Shown piece after piece: positions 60,613 through 64,000 of a stretch of 64,000 bases of DNA. Under the pieces are notes generated by a model. That model was not told the DNA's origin. It saw only the letters and a program-made list of their open reading frames with translations, and did no database searches. The DNA lies in contig OX638317.1 in the NCBI GenBank assembly GCA_951812545.1, forward strand, positions 3,893,987 to 3,957,986, written 5' to 3'. How positions within the stretch are numbered: the stretch's first letter is position 1; the number at the start of each line of letters is the position of its first letter. Position numbers and translations under genes: made by a program. This DNA comes from an uncultured Latescibacterota bacterium (GTDB taxonomy: Bacteria; Latescibacterota; UBA2968).

Positions 60613-60645
60613 CTGGATTGCGGCTAACACCATGCCGCAATGACG
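60613..60645. repeat. CGTC-type REP-like hairpin
   Basis: CTGGATTGCGGCTAACACCATGCCGCAATGACG. Confidence 0.85.
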
Positions 60646-60716
60646 GCTTTGTTGATTCGTTAATTTGTCGCTAATGTAGTCAGAACCCCGCCATTGTGCA
60701 ATAGGAAATACGCTAC

Positions 60717-62147
60717 TTAAGACGTGCGAACTTGCAACAAATCCATAAATTCCCACACAGGCATAGTATCCAAATCTGCCTCTTCAAACACAGCCAACAT
60801 ATCTCGCACCTGCCGCATCTCAAACCGCGTCGTCATATTTTTCACAAACTTTTTCACCAGCAAGGGCGCGGCCTCCTCCCGCCTTCTCCGATGCCCGATG
60901 GGATATTCCACCGTCACGGCCTCTGTCGCCGACCCATCTTTGAAAAACACCTGCACGGTATTGGCTATTGATCGCTTGTCAGGATCGTGATAATCCCGCG
61001 TAAACCGCGCGTTTTCCGCCACCACCATCTTTTCTCTCAACATATCAATACGCGCGTCCTCTGCGCGCTCCTCTTCATAGTCATCTGCGGTCAAAACGCC
61101 AAAAATTAGCCCTATAGCCACCATATATTGCAAGCAGTGGTCCCGATCTGCAGGGTTGTACAGCGGACCGGTCTTATCGATAATTTTTACGGCAGCTTCG
61201 TGGGTCTTGATCACCACACGCTCGACTACCTCCAGCCGCGGTGCCACCTCATTGTGCAACACAAACGCGGCTTCTACCGCTGTCTGTGCGTGAAATTCAG
61301 CGGGAAAAGACACCTTGAACAACACATTTTCCATCACATAAGAACCGTATAAACGTTGAAACTGAAACCGATCGCCATTCCACAAGCGGTCGTAAAAACC
61401 CCATACAGGTGCAGACAGAGCCGTTGGATATCCCATCTCACCGCGCTTTGTTTGCAATGCCAAAAATACGCCACGCGCTGTCGCATCTCCCGCCGCCCAA
61501 CTCTTGCGCGAACCCGTATTGGGTGCATGGCGATACGTTCGCAAAGGTCCCAAATCGCACCACACCTGCGACAATGCATTGACGATCTGCGCCTCATCAC
61601 ATCCCAACAGACCAGCAGAGATCGCCGCGCTCGCCAACTTCACCAAAATCACATGATCCAGCCCCCGGACATTAAAACTGTTTTCCAATGCCATCACACC
61701 CTGAATCTCGTGCGCCTTGATCATCGCCACAAACACATCCAGCATCACCAGTGTATCTCTCCCCTGTGCCCGTTGCGTGCGCGACATCCAGTCAGCCACC
61801 CCGAGAATTGCACCCAGATTATCCGAAGGATGGCCCCACTCTGCCGCCAACCACGTATCGTTAAAATCCAGCCAACGCACCATTGTCCCAATATTAAATG
61901 CAGCAGTCACCGGGTCGAGTACGTAATCAGTTCCCGGCACCCGCGCACCGTGCGGCACAACCGTTCCCGGCACCACGGGACCGAGCATCTTCGCACACTC
62001 AGAAAACCGCAATGCCAACACCGCACACCCCAAACTATCCATCAGACACAATCGAGCCGTCTGAAAAGCTTCCGCGGAGTTCACTTCATAATCCAGCACG
62101 TACTGTGCGATAGTCACCAGTTCTCTATCCGGCGCCCGATTATCCAT
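60717..62147 (-). CDS. prpD: 2-methylcitrate dehydratase
   Basis: [20 protein letters not shown]; [10 protein letters not shown]. Confidence 0.96.
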   Translation of the reverse strand: MDNRAPDRELVTIAQYVLDYEVNSAEAFQTARLCLMDSLGCAVLALRFSECAKMLGPVVPGTVVPHGARVPGTDYVLDPVTAAFNIGTMVRWLDFNDTWLAAEWGHPSDNLGAILGVADWMSRTQRAQGRDTLVMLDVFVAMIKAHEIQGVMALENSFNVRGLDHVILVKLASAAISAGLLGCDEAQIVNALSQVWCDLGPLRTYRHAPNTGSRKSWAAGDATARGVFLALQTKRGEMGYPTALSAPVWGFYDRLWNGDRFQFQRLYGSYVMENVLFKVSFPAEFHAQTAVEAAFVLHNEVAPRLEVVERVVIKTHEAAVKIIDKTGPLYNPADRDHCLQYMVAIGLIFGVLTADDYEEERAEDARIDMLREKMVVAENARFTRDYHDPDKRSIANTVQVFFKDGSATEAVTVEYPIGHRRRREEAAPLLVKKFVKNMTTRFEMRQVRDMLAVFEEADLDTMPVWEFMDLLQVRTS

Positions 62148-62163
62148 GGCAATCCTCAAGCTA

Positions 62164-63267
62164 TTAACCCCTTTCTTCCAACGGCACATAATCTCGCGCC
62201 TCTACCCCCGTGTATTCTGCAAGAGGCCGAATTAGCTTATTATCCGCTCGCTGTTCCATCACATGAGCAGCCCAACCACTACAGCGACTGAGCACAAATA
62301 CAGGTGTAAAAAGCGCCGTCTCAATACCAGCCATATGATACGCTGTTGCCGAATAAAAATCCAGATTTGGAAACAGCTTTTTTTCATCCCACATAACCCG
62401 CTCAATCGCTTCAGAAATCTCGTACAGACTCATATCGCCCATTGCTTCACTCACCTGACGCGCCCAATCTTTAATAATCGCGTTGCGCGGATCTCGCACG
62501 CGATAAACCCCGTGCCCAAACCCCATAATCAATTCTCTGCGCGCCAGCATCTCTCGCACACCCATTGCCGCGTCTTGGGGAGTCTCGAACTGCTCGATCA
62601 ATTCCATTGCCCGCTCGTTTGCACCCCCGTGCAAAGGTCCGCTCAAAGTGCCAATTGCCCCGGTAATACATCCATAAAAATCGGCAAGCGTAGAGGCGCA
62701 TACTCTCGCCGTAAATGTCGAGGCATTAAACTCGTGCTCCGCATATAAAATCAACGACGCATCCATCATCCGACATTCCAACTCCGAAGGCGTCTGTTCT
62801 TTGAGCATATGCAAGATATAAGTCGCGTGCTCATCCACATCTACATCCAAAACATCAGCCCCCAAATGCCAGACCCCCAGCATAGAGGGCAATGCACCCA
62901 AAAGCCGCACAGCCACAGTGTCCTCCAAACCCTGCTCTGGCTCGGCAATACCAAGTGCCGACACACCGGTTCGCAAAACATCCATCGGATGCGCGTCTGA
63001 AGGCAACGAACTCAAAACTCGCACGACCAGATCTGGCAACTGCCGGTGCGTCCGCAACTGCGTCTTCAACGCATCCAATTCCCTTTCAGAGGGCAGTGCA
63101 TCCCACAACAACAAATGCACGATCTCCTCAAAACAAGCATATTGTGCCAGGTCTTCAATAGCATAGCCTCGATAGTGCAAACCGTGACCTTCTGCGCCTA
63201 CAGTACAAATCGATGTATTGCCAGCTTTAACGCCCCTCAGGCCTGTTGTTACCGTCTGTTTGCTCAC
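62164..63267 (-). CDS. prpC: 2-methylcitrate synthase
   Basis: [32 protein letters not shown]. Confidence 0.93.
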   Translation of the reverse strand: MSKQTVTTGLRGVKAGNTSICTVGAEGHGLHYRGYAIEDLAQYACFEEIVHLLLWDALPSERELDALKTQLRTHRQLPDLVVRVLSSLPSDAHPMDVLRTGVSALGIAEPEQGLEDTVAVRLLGALPSMLGVWHLGADVLDVDVDEHATYILHMLKEQTPSELECRMMDASLILYAEHEFNASTFTARVCASTLADFYGCITGAIGTLSGPLHGGANERAMELIEQFETPQDAAMGVREMLARRELIMGFGHGVYRVRDPRNAIIKDWARQVSEAMGDMSLYEISEAIERVMWDEKKLFPNLDFYSATAYHMAGIETALFTPVFVLSRCSGWAAHVMEQRADNKLIRPLAEYTGVEARDYVPLEERG

Positions 63268-63291
63268 AGTATCCTCCTATCAGGCTCAGTC

Positions 63292-63328
63292 AAAAAAAGG
63301 TCGTGAGCATTTTCACTCACGACCTTTT
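63292..63328 (-). terminator. Terminator-like hairpin between prpB and prpC
   Basis: mRNA AAAAGGUCGUGAG/CUCACGACCUUUUUUU. Confidence 0.7.
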
Positions 63329-63351
63329 CCCGCAAAGTCTCCTCAGTCGAT

Positions 63352-64000
63352 TCACGCGCCATAAAGTCGATTGACCTGCGCCTCATACGCGTAATAATCC
63401 AGCAATTCGTAGAGCTCTTCCCGCGTCTGCATCTCGTTTATCAACGCCCCCTGCGCGCCCTGTGTCCGCAGCGTCTTATACGCCCGCTGAGCAGCCGCAT
63501 TCATCATTCTAAACGCCGTAAGAGGATACAACACCATGGCAATACCCGCACCTCTCATCTCGTCCAGACCAAACAGAGGCGTTTGCCCAAACTCGGTGAG
63601 ATTCGCCAACACAGGTACAGAGAGATTGCGGGCAAAGGCGCGGAAATCTTCCAGTGAACTCAAGCTCTCTGCAAAAATCGCATCGGCACCGACAGAAATG
63701 TACTCCTGGGCGCGATTGAGACCGCGCTCCAAACCTTCATTGGCCACAGAATCGGTTCGCGCCATAATCACAAACCCGACATCTGACCGAGCATCAACCG
63801 CTGCCTTGATTCGGTCGCACATCTCCTCGGCAGATACCACCTGTTTCCCGGGGCGATGTCCACAGCGTTTTTGCAACACCTGGTCTTCAATGTGAACAGC
63901 AGCAACGCCAATTTTTTCCAGCGTCTTTATTGCGCGACCTATAGAAAAAGAGGTGCCGCCAAACCCGGTATCGATGTCAACCAGCAGCGGCAAATCCACC
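63352..64000 (-). CDS. prpB: Methylisocitrate lyase (5' end outside window)
   Basis: DIDTGFG, KRCGHRPGK, ARTD, ANLTEFG. Confidence 0.95.
   Translation of the reverse strand, partial: VDLPLLVDIDTGFGGTSFSIGRAIKTLEKIGVAAVHIEDQVLQKRCGHRPGKQVVSAEEMCDRIKAAVDARSDVGFVIMARTDSVANEGLERGLNRAQEYISVGADAIFAESLSSLEDFRAFARNLSVPVLANLTEFGQTPLFGLDEMRGAGIAMVLYPLTAFRMMNAAAQRAYKTLRTQGAQGALINEMQTREELYELLDYYAYEAQVNRLYGA

Overview
A 64 kb, mostly housekeeping window from a diderm bacterium. TonB receptors, dockerin/EF-hand surface proteins, a DUF6785-like membrane protein and PhyH/GH29 genes suggest a Latescibacterota/Gemmatimonadota-like lineage (inference only). About 50 CDS were called, including archaeal-type pheS/pheT and aspS, ilvB, an ECF sigma/anti-sigma/Spy cluster, form II coxSLMG, ruvCAB-tsaB-rimI, prpBCD and a RelE-like TA pair. 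The most notable signals are absent from or broken in the ORF track. (1) Two tandem, signal-peptide-bearing putative selenoproteins (in-frame UGA in a UxxC redoxin motif, with SECIS-like hairpins) fused to 1 or 6 Ig-like repeats and a dockerin/EF-hand tail. (2) An Asn/Asp-rich leader-peptide attenuator (NNNDDNN) upstream of a probably non-discriminating AspRS. (3) A Phe T-box controlling archaeal-type PheRS, an ilv leader-peptide attenuator, and a further uORF attenuator of unknown signal. (4) A near-identical copy of the putative ECF autoregulatory promoter placed antisense to an outer-membrane-protein operon. (5) Three different MITE shells carrying the same REP-doublet cargo, plus strictly strand-polarised REP-like hairpins. 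No rRNA, tRNA or CRISPR array was seen. All calls are from reading the sequence, without database searches.
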